Source: Octopus vulgaris
Lineage: Eukaryota
Direction: 5' to 3'
DNA length: 64,000 nt
Assembly (NCBI GenBank): GCA_951406725.2
Contig: OX597832.1
Coordinates: 56,110,001-56,174,000 of the forward strand
Shown here: positions 29,376-43,495 of the stretch, piece after piece
Position numbering within the stretch: position 1 is the first letter of the stretch
How the letters are laid out: each line of letters begins with the position of its first letter
Program-made: the position numbers and the translations under genes
Notes under the pieces: generated by a model
Databases searched by the model: none
What the model was told of the DNA's origin: nothing
The model's input: only the letters and a program-made list of their open reading frames with translations

Positions 29376-31070
29376 CTATTTGAATCTAGAAAAGGTGAAC
29401 GGTAGCCTATGAATACAAAAGAAGTTTTTCTCATTAATGTTGTTAATAATTTGCCGACCCGCTTTAATAATGAAGAAAATTTCATTAATACATAGAGAGC
29501 ATTTTTATTTTTTCCATTATACACAGGTGCTGAAGTTAGTATTTTCCAGTTTAATCTAAAATCTAAGTTCTTACTTTTAAGTTCCCAAATGTATGCACTT
29601 AGCCCTGTAGAGTACATTCTATTTTTATTCCTAAAAGTATATCTGTGATAATTCCATCTTTGTTTTATGCTATTCATAGTTGCCCCGATATACACCCTAC
29701 TACTCAATTGTGTATCTACAGTGCATTGGTAAACTACCTCCTTCCTGAGGCATTGATTACCAAATACACATTTATTTTTATTTCTGCAATTACAAAGATT
29801 AACAGAATGAGGAAATCTAAGATTGGACACCACCCCTATACTACTATTCACATTATAAGTGTTACAATTGTTATCATCATCCAAACCCAAAATCAACGAA
29901 TGAGTTAATTTCACATTATCGGCTATATTCCTATCACTAGTACTAGTATTGGTAGTAGTAGTATGATCTATTACATTTATATTATCTCTGACAGGTATGG
30001 TGCACTCATTATTAGTAAGGAGGTTGTTCCCATTTGTTCCAAGAAAATTTCTATTCCTATTATTAATGAAGAGGGGCAAGTTTTCCTGGTCTAAATTCAA
30101 TTTTCTATCCTTATAGAAGTGATCCAGTTTCTTGTTATTAAAAGAGGAGATAATGGTGGCTAGATTATGAGTAATGCTATATCCCACTCTAACAGTACCG
30201 TTGTTAATTAAAGGACTAAATTTATTCCTATCCTTACCAAAATGCCTAAAAATAACATTATGCAAAGCTCTCACTATGTTTGTTTTAATCTGCATTGCAT
30301 ACGGGATAATCAACCAAAGAGTATCCTTATCAGAATTAGGATTGCCTATATAATTAATGTTATTTGTAAAAATCCTATTCGTAGACCAACTCATAGGATT
30401 ACTATTCTTACCACTGTTATTATTGTATCTATCTATATCAATATTACCATGGTTATTGCGCAAGTAAACTTTACCATTATCATGTCTACCATAAGTTTTA
30501 ATTCGTATATTATTATTAATATTACTACTATTACCCGTATGCTTAGATCTATTTGAGCTACCGTTCACCTTTCCAAGGTTAACGTCACTTCTACATTTAT
30601 TATAGGTGTTATCATATATTCTATTTTTACTATTCTTATGTATATTGTTGATTATCCTAAATCTATTTGTGTTGTTCCTGATAGTTCTACCTCCATTAGG
30701 GGGTTCCCCTTAGGTATAAACCAAATCTTACTTTTATATCCTGCCTTAAGTAATGCTACATTGTATCTATCACAGTGTTTGTTAAAAATTTCCTCGTTTG
30801 AGGATAAACTAGAAATTCTCTGACTAATGCTACGCACTAGTGCATTTTTAATTTGAGGGGGTGATTACTAGAACGGTTAATGTATATTAGGTTAGAATTA
30901 GGTTTAATATAGGGTTCATGTAAACCATTAGTAATGTTACAATTAACATCTAAATAATTAGCAGAATAATTTTCACTTTCAATGATAATGGATAGGCCGA
31001 AGCTTTTAAAAAATTTATTTATTCTTTTTTTCAGAAGATCTAATCTCCTATTTGATGTATTCCTAACACA
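29376..31070 (-). pseudogene. PLE polyprotein C-terminal part: RT thumb + CxCx5C linker + GIY-YIG endonuclease
   Basis: NYLDV..PYIKPN..YINRSSNHP/P..ISQRISSLSSNEEIF; CNCRNKNKC..VVY..VYIGAT..KQRWNYH..LSAYIWELK..C.LC..E; three single-base frameshifts. Confidence 0.9.
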
Positions 31071-31146
31071 ATTTTGTTGGGTACCTATCTAGCAGTATAT
31101 TGGATATATATTATCCCATGGTGGGTTGAATTTTCAACCCCTATCT

Positions 31147-31233
<87 letters not shown>

Positions 31234-31237
31234 TATA

Positions 31238-31272
<35 letters not shown>

Positions 31273-31862
31273 GTGTGTACAAATGTAAAAAAAAACAAGA
31301 AACAGATACAGAAGGTCATCAAATCCTCGTCAGTTATCGGCCCTAGGATCAAAAGCAATTTTGCGTTTTAACGATAATATAACATCCTCTCTGGTGGCGC
31401 TGACGGCAAAACAGACGAAAAATAAACAACTATGCGATACAGAAAGTGAACGTACAAATGTGGAATAAGTTTAATTCAAAAAGAGACAATTAGATAACGG
31501 ACAAGCGACAAAGACGAAAAAAAAAAACAGAACAACATGTGGGCATACGGAAGAATCTCACCTAAAATTCATTTACCTACTGATTTATTTAGAAAATATC
31601 TGTTCTTCTACCAACATGGAACGACAACTTATTATAATAGCATGAAATTATAAGATCACTAACGACGTTGTCATGAATAGTATAAGTGAAACCAGTCGAC
31701 TATTTAGATATTATATTTCATATGTATAATTTTTCAGCATAAAATTTCTGTTTTTCTCTTCTTTTTATATATTTTTCTTTTACTACAATTCACCACGTTT
31801 TCACCATGTGTGTGTGTGTGTGTGTGCGTGTGTGTGTGCATGCGTGTATATATATGCGTGTG

Positions 31863-31950
<88 letters not shown>

Positions 31951-32139
31951 TGTATGTATGTATGTATGTATGTATGCATGTATGTATGCATGTATGTATG
32001 TATGTATGTATGTATGTATGTATGTATATTAGTGAAGGGTGGCCACATTTCATCCCGAAACAGTTGTACTTTCCATATGAAGTTCACGTGTCTTTAATTG
32101 GGTCGACCCATTGTCAAACAGAACCGACAGGCATTGATG

Positions 32140-32185
<46 letters not shown>

Positions 32186-32947
32186 TAACAACAACAACAA
32201 CAACAACAACAACAGAAGAACACTAATAATAAATACACCGTGGTGTGTGTATCCAGATTACAGCCACCATCATCACCACCACCACCACCACCACCACCAC
32301 ACTGTTCACAATACTTTTATCGGCGTTTTATAAATAACATTCTTGAGTCTCGCCTAGTAATTTGTATTCTTATCCCGCCTTCTCTACTTGAATGTCAACG
32401 CCCCACCCTTGGCTGATGATATTGCTCCCGTTTTTAAAAACCAGATATACTCGAGAATGTCACATTCCGTCCTTACTGATATTCTGAGGTTTAATAACAG
32501 CTCTTTCACTGCGGCAACCATTTTGTTTTTATTTTTATTTTTTCGAATATATCTCTCTTTCTTTTGGTTTCTCTTGTTATGCGGTTGGTTCGTTTACAGC
32601 TTAACCGTTAAAAACTGGTTACAATGTTATTTTTTTAGTGTTGCTTTTCGTGTTTCAGTTATGTGTTGTTTTTTTAAAATTTTTTTTTTTTAGGTGAGTG
32701 CTAATGGCGTCGTCATCACAGCATATTCTGGATTATTAACATTCGTATTACTGAAAATAACAGATGCCGAGCGATAATGTGTTATAAATACTGGTATATA
32801 TATACGTGTATATGTATGTATGTATGTATATATCTATGTATGTATGTATGTATGTATGTGTATGAGTGTGAGTCTGCGTATGTAAATACTTATACATACA
32901 CGCACACGTACGTGCGTATACATATAGATAAACACATATATGCACGG

Positions 32948-32989
<42 letters not shown>

Positions 32990-33126
32990 ACATTTATATG
33001 TGTGTGCATACATATATTCACATATATACATATATATGTTCACACACAGATATACATAAATATACATACATACATAAAAATATAAACATATATGTATGTA
33101 TATACGTGTATGTGTACATGTATGTA

Positions 33127-33159
<33 letters not shown>

Positions 33160-33556
33160 GATAAACGTGTGTGTGTGTGTATAAATATATGTGTGTGTGT
33201 AGTTGTATAAATATATATATATATGTATGTATATGCGTCTGTGTACGTGTATATATATGTGTGTGTGTGAGTATAATATCTCTTTATGATACATATATTT
33301 ATACCCACATGCTAATATCTATGTATGTTTATATATGTATTTCTAAAAGTTTACGCATACTTACATACTCACACGTATGTATATATACACACCTACACAC
33401 ACATCACTCAACATACTATTAATGCTCTGACTCAATCTTGGTATCACGTAACCCAATATTGCCGTACATTACACGATAATATAGTAATTCATACCACAAA
33501 ATAATATACTAACAATGCCTTATCTTAAACTCAACAATATATATACATATATATAT

Positions 33557-33923
<367 letters not shown>

Positions 33924-34080
33924 TATATACATATATATATATATAACTTCGAGCATTGTGCCTAGAATAGAAAGCAATATATATATATATATAACAGAGA
34001 AGAGGAATTTCGGTTGTCCCCACGTGGTGGATGGTAATATATAAAAGAAAATAATGTATAAAAGTTCTCCGTTTTTATTT

Positions 34081-34152
<72 letters not shown>

Positions 34153-34212
34153 CTACCTTGTTGGCGATTTTTTCCCTCCATCTTCCTTTTCTCTTGGTCT
34201 TTCCTGTTTCCT

Positions 34213-34247
34213 GTTTCTGAAGAAGAGCTTTGCTCGAAACGTAAAAC
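34213..34247 (+). ncRNA. Minimal type I hammerhead ribozyme
   Basis: GUUU-CUGAAGA-A-GAGC-uuu-GCUC-GAAAC-GUA-AAAC inside an (AT)n-flanked element 34150-34310. Confidence 0.75.
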
Positions 34248-34308
34248 TAACTTTCGTTCCTTCCCTCTACGTCTGTTAATACTTTGCATGTACTTTTTGG
34301 GATTAAAC

Positions 34309-34388
<80 letters not shown>

Positions 34389-34714
34389 TATAATATAGTT
34401 AAGTGCCATTAACACGTACACAGGAATTTTAGTAAGATGTTGACCTGTCGGGAAAAGAATCGCCCGTTGTTTCCGTCATCTCTCGTACGGAAGAATCCGT
34501 CTTTTACCAGAAAGCAATGAACTTTGCAGCCACCTGAAAGATCAACATCAGACTAATGCATTGGTTCTCATCCAGGGTCCATATGACCCTTGGAGGTCCC
34601 TATGACCCTTGAGGGTCCATATAGGTTTTTGCAGTTAAAATTTGTGGAATAAATTGGTTTTAATTCTACAATGCACAAAATATTTTAACAATTTTTTGAT
34701 GCAATTCCTAATAA

Positions 34715-34890
34715 CCCTTTTTACTATAGGCATAAGGCCTGAAACTCTGTCGGGGTTTGGGCTAGTCAATTATATTGAATCAGTAACTGGTACTTATTTT
34801 ATCGATCCCGAAGGATGAAAGACAAAGTCGACCTCGGCGAAATTTGAATTCAGAACGTAAAGACGGACGAAGTGACGTTAATGCATTTTA
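34715..34890 (-). mobile_element. SINE family A, diverged
   Basis: atcgatcccgaaggatgaaagacaaagtcgacctcggc. Confidence 0.75.
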
Positions 34891-35078
34891 CCCTGCGTCA
34901 GGGGCGGACGGAGAGTAATAAAGGCCCTCTTATGTATTTTTGTTCTATTTTATATGTCCTTTAATATTCTAAGTGTTTCTTTTTCGATCAATGTAAACCC
35001 TACCTGTTTTGTGTGTTGCACCTCGTCCTTTGATATTGGCTTCCATACCTTGGGCCCTTGTGACCAATAAAAGAAACC

Positions 35079-35174
35079 ATCATTATTATCATTATCATTA
35101 TTACTACTACTACTACTACTACTACTACTACATCTACTACTACAACTACTACTACTACTACAACTACTACTACA

Positions 35175-35221
<47 letters not shown>

Positions 35222-35715
35222 AACTACTACTACTACTACAACTACTACTACTACTACTACTACTACTACAACTACTACTACTACTACTACTACAACTACA
35301 ACTGCTACTACTACTACAACAACAACTACTACTACAACAACAACTACTACTACTACTACTACAACAACTACTACTACTACAACTACTACTACAACTACTA
35401 CAACTATTACTACTACTACTACTACAACTACTACTACTACAACTACTACTACAACTACTACTACAACTACTAATACTACTACTACTACTGCTACAACTAC
35501 TACTACTACTACTACTACTACAACTACTACAACTGCTACTACTACTACAACTACTACAACTACTACTGCAACTGCTACTACAACTACTACAACTATTACT
35601 ACTACTACTACTACTACAACTACTACTACTACTACAACTACTACAACTACTACTACAACTGCTACTACTACAACTACTACTACTATTACTACTACCACTA
35701 TTACTACTACTACAA

Positions 35716-35758
<43 letters not shown>

Positions 35759-35859
35759 AACAACTTCTACTACTACTACTACAAATACTACTACTACTAC
35801 TGCAACTACTACTACTACAACTACTACTACAGCTGCTACTACTACTACTGCTGCTGCTG

Positions 35860-35891
<32 letters not shown>

Positions 35892-35925
35892 GCTGCTGCT
35901 ACTACTACTACTACTACTACTACTA
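35079..35925. repeat. (ACT)n/(ACA)n/(GCT)n array
   Basis: Visible. Confidence 0.95.
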
Positions 35926-36459
35926 ACTGTGACGTAAGACCTCCAGTGTGTAGATACTGATAAGATAAGATATTATTGCGGTCGTTTAAATTTAATCCAG
36001 TATTTTACTGGAATTTGTTTTATCAGTCCCAAAGAGCTGGGAAAGAAAGGCGGAAGAACGCTTATGCTGTACAAAAATGACTTACAAAACAAACATATTC
36101 TGCAGAAACTGCCTGTACGGTGTTCTAAGGCTGAGCGAATCGGGTGGAATTGTATCCGCCATTGATAACAACCACTAAGAGGATCTAGAACAGCAAGCAG
36201 CGACTTCTTTAAATATTAGCCCAGTTTTTATATAATTGCATTATCCAATGGCCCATGTTTGTTTTGTATCATATTTTAGTTATAAAAATATACCCGGGTA
36301 TTGCTTCTTCTATGTTTATTACTGACAATGTTTATGCGTAAGTTAAAAATTAAATAAATCTTGACACTGAGGTCTATAAAAATAAAGACATCAGCTGTTC
36401 AGTGTCTCGCAAATAAATTAAATTTAGGGGGAAAAAATAACAGCAATAATGGTTTCAAC

Positions 36460-37505
36460 AATAATCTTTTCTACTTTAAGCACAACGGCTGAATTTTTTT
36501 TTTTTTTTTTGAAGGTGGGGGTGGGGGGTTCAGTCGATTAGATCGACCCCAGTACGCAATTGGTACTTAATTTATCGACCTCGGCGGAATTTGAACTCAG
36601 AACGTAAAGACAGACGAAATACTGCTAAGCATTTCGCCCGGTGTACTAACGTTTCTGCCAGCTCGCCGCCTTATTAAACTAGAATATTCTTTTCTACTCT
36701 AGGCACAAGGCCCGTACTGGTACGCAACTAGTACTTAATTTATCGACCCCGAAAGGATGAAAGACAAAGGCGACCTCGGCTGAATTTGAGCTCAGAACGT
36801 AAAGACAGATGAATTACCGCTTAGCATTTCGCCCGGCGTGCTAACGTTTCTGCCAACTCGCCGCCTTATTGAACAAGAATATTCTTTTCTACTCTAGGCA
36901 CAAGGCCCGAAATTTTGGGGTAGGGGTCCAATCGATTAGATCAACCCCAGGACGCAACTGGTACTTAATTTATCGACCCCGAAAGGATGAAAGGTAAAGG
37001 CGACGTCGGCTGAACGCAAAGACAGACGAAATACCGCTAAGCATTTCGCCCGGCGTGCTAACGTTTCTGTCAGCTCACCGCCTTATTGAACTAGAATATT
37101 CTCTTCTACTCTAGGCACAAGGCCCGAAATTTTGGGATAGGGGTCCAATCGATTAGATCAACCCCAGCACGCAACTGGTACTTAATTTATCAACCCCGAA
37201 AGGATGAAAGGCAAAGCTGACCTCGGCAGAATTTGAACTGAGAACGTAAAGACAGACGAAATACCTATAAGCATTTCGCCCGGGGTGTTAACATTTCTAC
37301 CAGCTCAATACAGTGATGATGATGATGATGATGATGATGAATATTTCAAATTTTGGCACAAGGCCAGCCACTTTGGGGCGGGGACTAGTTGATTACATCA
37401 ATTCCAGTGCTCAAGTGATACTTATTTTATCGACCCTGAAAGCATGAAATGCAAAGTGGACCTCGGCTGAATTTGAACTCAGGAAGAGGCCGGTAGAAAT
37501 GCCTG
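36460..37505 (-). mobile_element. Cluster of five SINE family A copies, four in tandem with a shared spacer
   Basis: Spacer ttatt(g/a)aac(t/a)agaatattc repeated three times between complete copies. Confidence 0.82.
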
Positions 37506-38548
37506 TAAGGCGGTGCCCCGGCCTGGCCGCAGTCCAATGAATAAACCAAGCAAAATATTTTTAAAAGGTGTGGTCCTAGATATACTCGGCTGAGAAATTG
37601 ATTGGAGGGTCACAATGGAAACGGTTTTGACCGTATGTCTACTGGATCAGAGCTGACCTGGAGACCAACAACATTGTCAACCATAACAAGTGAGTAATTA
37701 TACCATTGAATAGGTCCTAAGATGATAAGTGTTACATGTTGGCCTAGTGGAGAGCAATGTGTTAAACCTGAGAAGAGAGGAAGTACTTTTTGATTCTAAT
37801 TGGTACCTTGAGAGCCGTCGCTCTGTTTGTCTCCTCGCCGTATGTTAAGTAAATTTGGTTGGTGGAAAATAAAAACTTCACACTAAGTCACAGGCGTAGT
37901 TAATTACGCCATGCGGGCTTTCAGAAGTTAGAGTTTCCGGCTTCAAAGCTGGAATGCTAAAAAAAATAAAAGAGAAAAATAAAAAAAAAAAGAGAAAAGG
38001 AAAACTATTGATACCAAAGCTCAAATAACTTATTCAAGTATTAATTTCCCAGTGGTTTTGGTGGAGGGTGGAGGACCTTGTTTTTGTTATTTTGTTTCTT
38101 GGAGATTTTTTTTCTATTTTTTTTTTTTTTTTTTTTGTGAAGGGGAGTTTCGAATTGCGGTCAAATTACCTACCTCGCCCACCAGGAGGTCCAGAAAGCT
38201 CGGTTAGCAGGAATAAAAGATAATACCACCGGGGTGCAGATCAAACAACTTTGCTTTTATATTACACAAGTTTTGCTGACCTTCGTTTTCGTGTTCCCCA
38301 GTCAGAAAGTACAGTTCCTAAGTTGACCTCCCGAGAAATTATGATATAGTTTACAAAACGAAACACAAAATATTAGACCCGATACCAAAACACCCGTCCT
38401 AATTTTTAACTGAATGAATAGCATAGCTAAAGACATAAATACGTTTCCATTTCCTTGCTGCTAATAATCGCTAATATTTCTTGTAAAGTAGGCCACAAGG
38501 AATATTTGTTTCTCACGGTTAACCACATGAGAAAAATATGTTGCGTTT

Positions 38549-38582
<34 letters not shown>

Positions 38583-38769
38583 CATGTATATAAATACATA
38601 TATATATATGAAGTTATTCAATATTCGTAAACAATGACAACATGAATGTACCCAAGGGAATCATGCTGCATAAAGATGTAACAGTCAAGTGGACGCTTAC
38701 ATTTTTAATATAGCAAACCAACCAATATTTAGATGTGTGTGTGTGTGTGTGTGTTTCCAGTGCTTAAGC

Positions 38770-38839
<70 letters not shown>

Positions 38840-38857
38840 AAAATGCATATATATATG

Positions 38858-38892
<35 letters not shown>

Positions 38893-38893
38893 G

Positions 38894-38924
<31 letters not shown>

Positions 38925-38947
38925 GTATTTATATTTATATATACATA

Positions 38948-38984
<37 letters not shown>

Positions 38985-39942
38985 GTATGCATATCTTTAT
39001 CCCCGTCTGTCTTGATAGACAATGGGTTGCGCCAAGGGTGGGGCCTACTTTGATGATGTGCATATATATATATATACACACATATATATATTATATTTAT
39101 ATATGTATATAAATATTTATATTTATACATATATATATATTTCTTTGTATGTATGTGTGTATGTATGTATTGAACAAGTACTTAAGTACTGAAAAAAGAA
39201 AATATATCTCCACGGAATTCAAGAGACCAATATCTTTAACTTTCCGTTAAATGTCGTTAAACTCCAATATATTATTGCTTCGATGCAATAACCATGGCTA
39301 GATTGAATTTGCATAAAGTTTAAAATTGGCAAAAACAAATATTCAGACGAATAGAAAACAAAAAGATTTCACAGATAAGTTTTAAATTTCATTTGTTTTG
39401 TTTAACAGTCGTTTCCATGCGCCAAACATCTTCAACTTTATACGTACAACATAGTTAAATTCCTAGTTCATCACAGACATCGAAATTAATTAATCATATA
39501 TCAATTATGTAATAATTGTAAACATGATATTTGCTCTTTAGCCATCGAAACAGCTGTAGAGCAAAACAAAAGAAAGTTTTGAAATATCAAGATCAGCTAT
39601 TTTTTTCTATTGAATAGATTCTGATTTCAATCGACCAGAAAGTCTTATGACTAAAACATGACTAATTTTCCATTGGCAGCAAGATTAAATATATATGAGT
39701 ATGACTTCGTATGCGGCCATTATTCAGCAAGGGTAGTCATGGCTAAAACATCTATGTTCAAAGGCGTTTCATACGTAACAAATCCGGTTTTTCGGGTTTC
39801 TATAGGAATACACTATCTCATGTGCCCTTCCCTTATTTAAGATTGTAACATAATAAGGTGAGAATTGGCGGAAATTTGGCTGTTATTTCTAGTAATTCGG
39901 TCAATAGTTGGCTTGTATTTATGATATATATATATATATATG

Positions 39943-40270
39943 ACCAAAATTACACTAATCATACCTAAATGCAGTTCTTCAAAGCAAAACATTTAAAAAA
40001 TGAATTTTAAAAAATTCATTTTTTAAATGTTTTGCTTTGAAGAACTGCATTTAGGTATGATTAGTGTAATTTTGGTAGTAATGACTTTGTCCCACTTAGT
40101 GTGAGGCATTTATGTGTAATAATGCCCTCTATACAATATAGATATAATTAATTTGTTCAAAAGAAAAAAATTATTTTCGAATTCTTTTCTTTTATGAGGT
40201 TTTCACGCTAACTACCTGATAATTTCTTGTTAAGATTCCTTATTAAGAAGTTATCCTTAATTGATAAATT
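39943..40270 (+). mobile_element. Fold-back (AT)n-inserted element with perfect 66-bp inverted arms
   Basis: 39943-40008 is the exact reverse complement of 40011-40076; body and tail homologous to 55866-56096. Confidence 0.8.
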
Positions 40271-41048
40271 TATATGTATATATGTGTATGTATGTATGTG
40301 TCTACATATGTGTGTGTGTATGTATGTATGCATGTATATATATTATATATATGTATGTGTATATATATATAACGATAAACGTCGCCCTTTTCAAGCCTAA
40401 CCAGGCTCATGGGCCCGGTTTCCCGGTTTCTGTGGCGTATGTGTTCCACCCAGCGTTACTCAAGAAACAGGAAGAGAGAGTGAGAGAAAGTTGTTGTATA
40501 TTTCGTTTTTGTATTCTTTATGTGAATTCGTCTTTTGAAGCATATTTTATTGTCTGGGGTGAGTCATTCTGTTTTAATGCCTTATCAATTAACACACTCA
40601 CTGGTTCGATTTCCACTCATTTAATTTTTTTTTCTAAACTTTTCGTCGTTTCTTACAACCTCTTCATTAGTCATTGACTTTGTCCGTTATCGAAGCTGCG
40701 TTCCTTTTGCTTGTTTGTGCGCACGTGTGTATGTCTATACACATATGTATGTATGTATGTATTTATGTATGTATGTATGTATGCATGAAAGTATGTATGT
40801 ATGTATGTATGTATGTATGAAAGTATGTTTGTATGTGGCTGTGTGTGTGTATGTATGCATGTGTGTACTTTTGTATGTATGTATTCTGCATATTCATATG
40901 TTTGTGTGTTCATGTTTGTGTGCTTGTATGTGTGCTTGTATGTGTGCGTGTGTGTTCACACACACATACCCACACAACACACAAATACACACACAACACA
41001 CACACACACTCACATGTATATGCGTGTATGTATATCTAGTACAGAGGG

Positions 41049-41092
<44 letters not shown>

Positions 41093-41316
41093 GGACAGGC
41101 GTGGTGTGCTTTAAATAGACCTAATTTTTCTGTGATATATATGTATACACTCACACACGAACATGCATACGTATGTACATACTAGCACACACACATAAAC
41201 ACACATACATACACATATGCACTCACACACACATGTATATGTATGTATATGTACATATCTATATACATACATGCATAATATATACATTCATACATACACA
41301 CACACACACACACGCA

Positions 41317-41399
<83 letters not shown>

Positions 41400-42167
41400 T
41401 ATATAGCGTGAGAGAAAGACGATGTAAGTTTTCGGGCTGGGCTTTTCATTCCCTTGATGAAAGACTGTCCAAAATGTCACGAAAGCACCTAGATTACTCA
41501 CTCACTCTCTCACTCACTCACTCACTCAATCACTCACAATTCTATGTTTTTCCTCTTACCACCACCCCCGTCATTTCCCCCATCGCCGGAGTCCTGCTGA
41601 CACAGAGCAGAGCGTGTGTCCTCGAATTCTTAATGATTATCTTTGTTCCTCTCTTTGTGTGTAGGTCACGTCTTTTAAACCAGCCTGTGTGTTGGGGAAG
41701 ACTAGAATCATTTCTTGTACTATATCATTTAGCTGACTTTACTATTTATCATACTGTTTCTGAAACAAGACGAAAATCGATATTTCAATAGCCGAACCAG
41801 AATTCTTTTAAGTTCCAGCATTTTCTTATAACTATTTTCGTTGAAATTCGAAAATGGATTTTCAGCGAGATATCAAACAATTCCCTCTATACTCTTGAGT
41901 TGCGTGATAAATTCGTTCAGTTTTATTTATCTATTTTATTTTATTTTTTAAGGGGGGACTCCATTTATTTTAATCCTTCCCAATGTTATTTAAATTAACT
42001 CAAAGAATACAATATACTTCAGAGCTCTGCGAAACGAGATCGCCCCAGAGGTGCTCACGAAAGCAATAGGTACGTATTTCACCGTAGTTGCGGCTTGTCA
42101 ATGTCATGTACTCCTGTCACTTACGAAACAAAATAGAAATCGCCAGTTTGAAATATATACAGATAGT

Positions 42168-42385
42168 TTCAAATTATGGCGCAGGGCCAGCAGGTTTTGA
42201 GTGAAAAGAGAAGGGGAAATCGATGACACCGACACCAGTACTTAACTGGTACTTATTTTGTTGACCCAGAAAGAATGAAAAAGGCAAAGTCGACCTCAGC
42301 GAACTTTGAACTCAGAATATAACGAAAGACAAAATGCCGCTAAGCATTTTCTCTGTGTGCTAACCATTTAGCCAGCTCGCCATCT
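42168..42385 (-). mobile_element. SINE family A, diverged
   Basis: ggcaaagtcgacctcagcgaactttgaactcag. Confidence 0.75.
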
Positions 42386-42602
42386 TCAGATAGTGTGTAA
42401 TATATCTGCTGACTTGCAATTGCGCCGCATAAGCAGAGTAAATTCGAATTATGCAATTGAAGCAGGTGTGGCTATGTGGTAAGAAGTCTACTTGTTTTTT
42501 GGTGGTCTCGTGGGTAGAGACATAAAACAGACAAACATATTGACCATCCTGGGCAGGGTTCAATCTCAACTAGGGCCTGCATTACGTGATCTTAAAAAAA
42601 AT

Positions 42603-43495
42603 AAGGCGGCGAGCTGGCAGAAACGTTAGCACGCCGGGCGAAATGCGTGGCCGTATTTCGTCTGCCGTTACGTCCTGAGTTCAAATTCCGCCGAGGTCGA
42701 CTTTATCTTTCATCCTTTCAGGGTCGATAAATTAAGTACCAGTTACGCACTGGGGTTGATGTAATCGACTTAATCTGTTTGTCTGTCCTTGTTTGTCCCC
42801 TCTGTGTTTAGCCCCTTGTGGGTAGTAAAGAAATAGGTATTTCGTCTGTCTTTACGTTCTGAGTTCAATTTCTGCCGAGGTCGACTTTGCCTTTCATCCT
42901 TTTGGGGTCGATAAATTAAGTACCAGTTACGCACTGGGGTCGATGTAATCGACTTAATCCGTTTGTCTGTCCTTGTTTGTCCCCTCTATGTTTAGCCCCT
43001 TGTGTGCAATAAAGAAAGAAGAAGTTTGCTTCCCAACCATATGATTCCAGAATTAGTCCCATTACCCGGCATCTTGGGCAATGGTCTTCTACTATTGTCT
43101 TGTGAGTGGATTTGGCAGCTGGAAACTGAAAAAAGTCTGTTGTGTGCAAGTGTAAGAGAGAGAGAAAGAGAGAGAAAGATAGAAAGACAGACAGAGGGAG
43201 AAAGAGAGAAACAAAGAGAGAATGTGTGTGTGTGTGTGTGAGTCTGTGTGTGTGGTGTGTGTTTCTGTCTATGTCTTTCCCTTCTACTGGTGTTTGTCCC
43301 TCCCACAGCTTGACAACCGGTGTTAGTTTGTTTAAGACCCCGAAACTTAACGGTTCGGCAGAACGAGGCCGTTAGAATAAGCACCAGGCTTTTAAAAAAT
43401 AAGTCCTGAGGTCGATTCATTCGACTACAAATTCTTCGACGCGGTACCCCAGCATGGCCGCAGTCTAATAAATGAAACAAGTAAAAGAAAAAATA
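42603..43495 (+). mobile_element. SINE family A dimer followed by body of diverged family B copy
   Basis: A head at 42603, second unit at ~42838, B sequence from ~43020. Confidence 0.82.

Larger units (their letters stand above)
26935..31152 (-). mobile_element. 5'-truncated Penelope-like retroelement inserted in (AT)n
   Basis: RT-thumb plus C-terminal GIY-YIG ORF, ~2.4-kb U-rich 3' region, hammerhead near 3' end, (AT)n on both sides. Confidence 0.88.

Noticed and set aside
41640-41760. Plus-strand splice acceptor (pyrimidine tract then tgtag)
   Set aside because: No clear donor or recognisable coding frame follows
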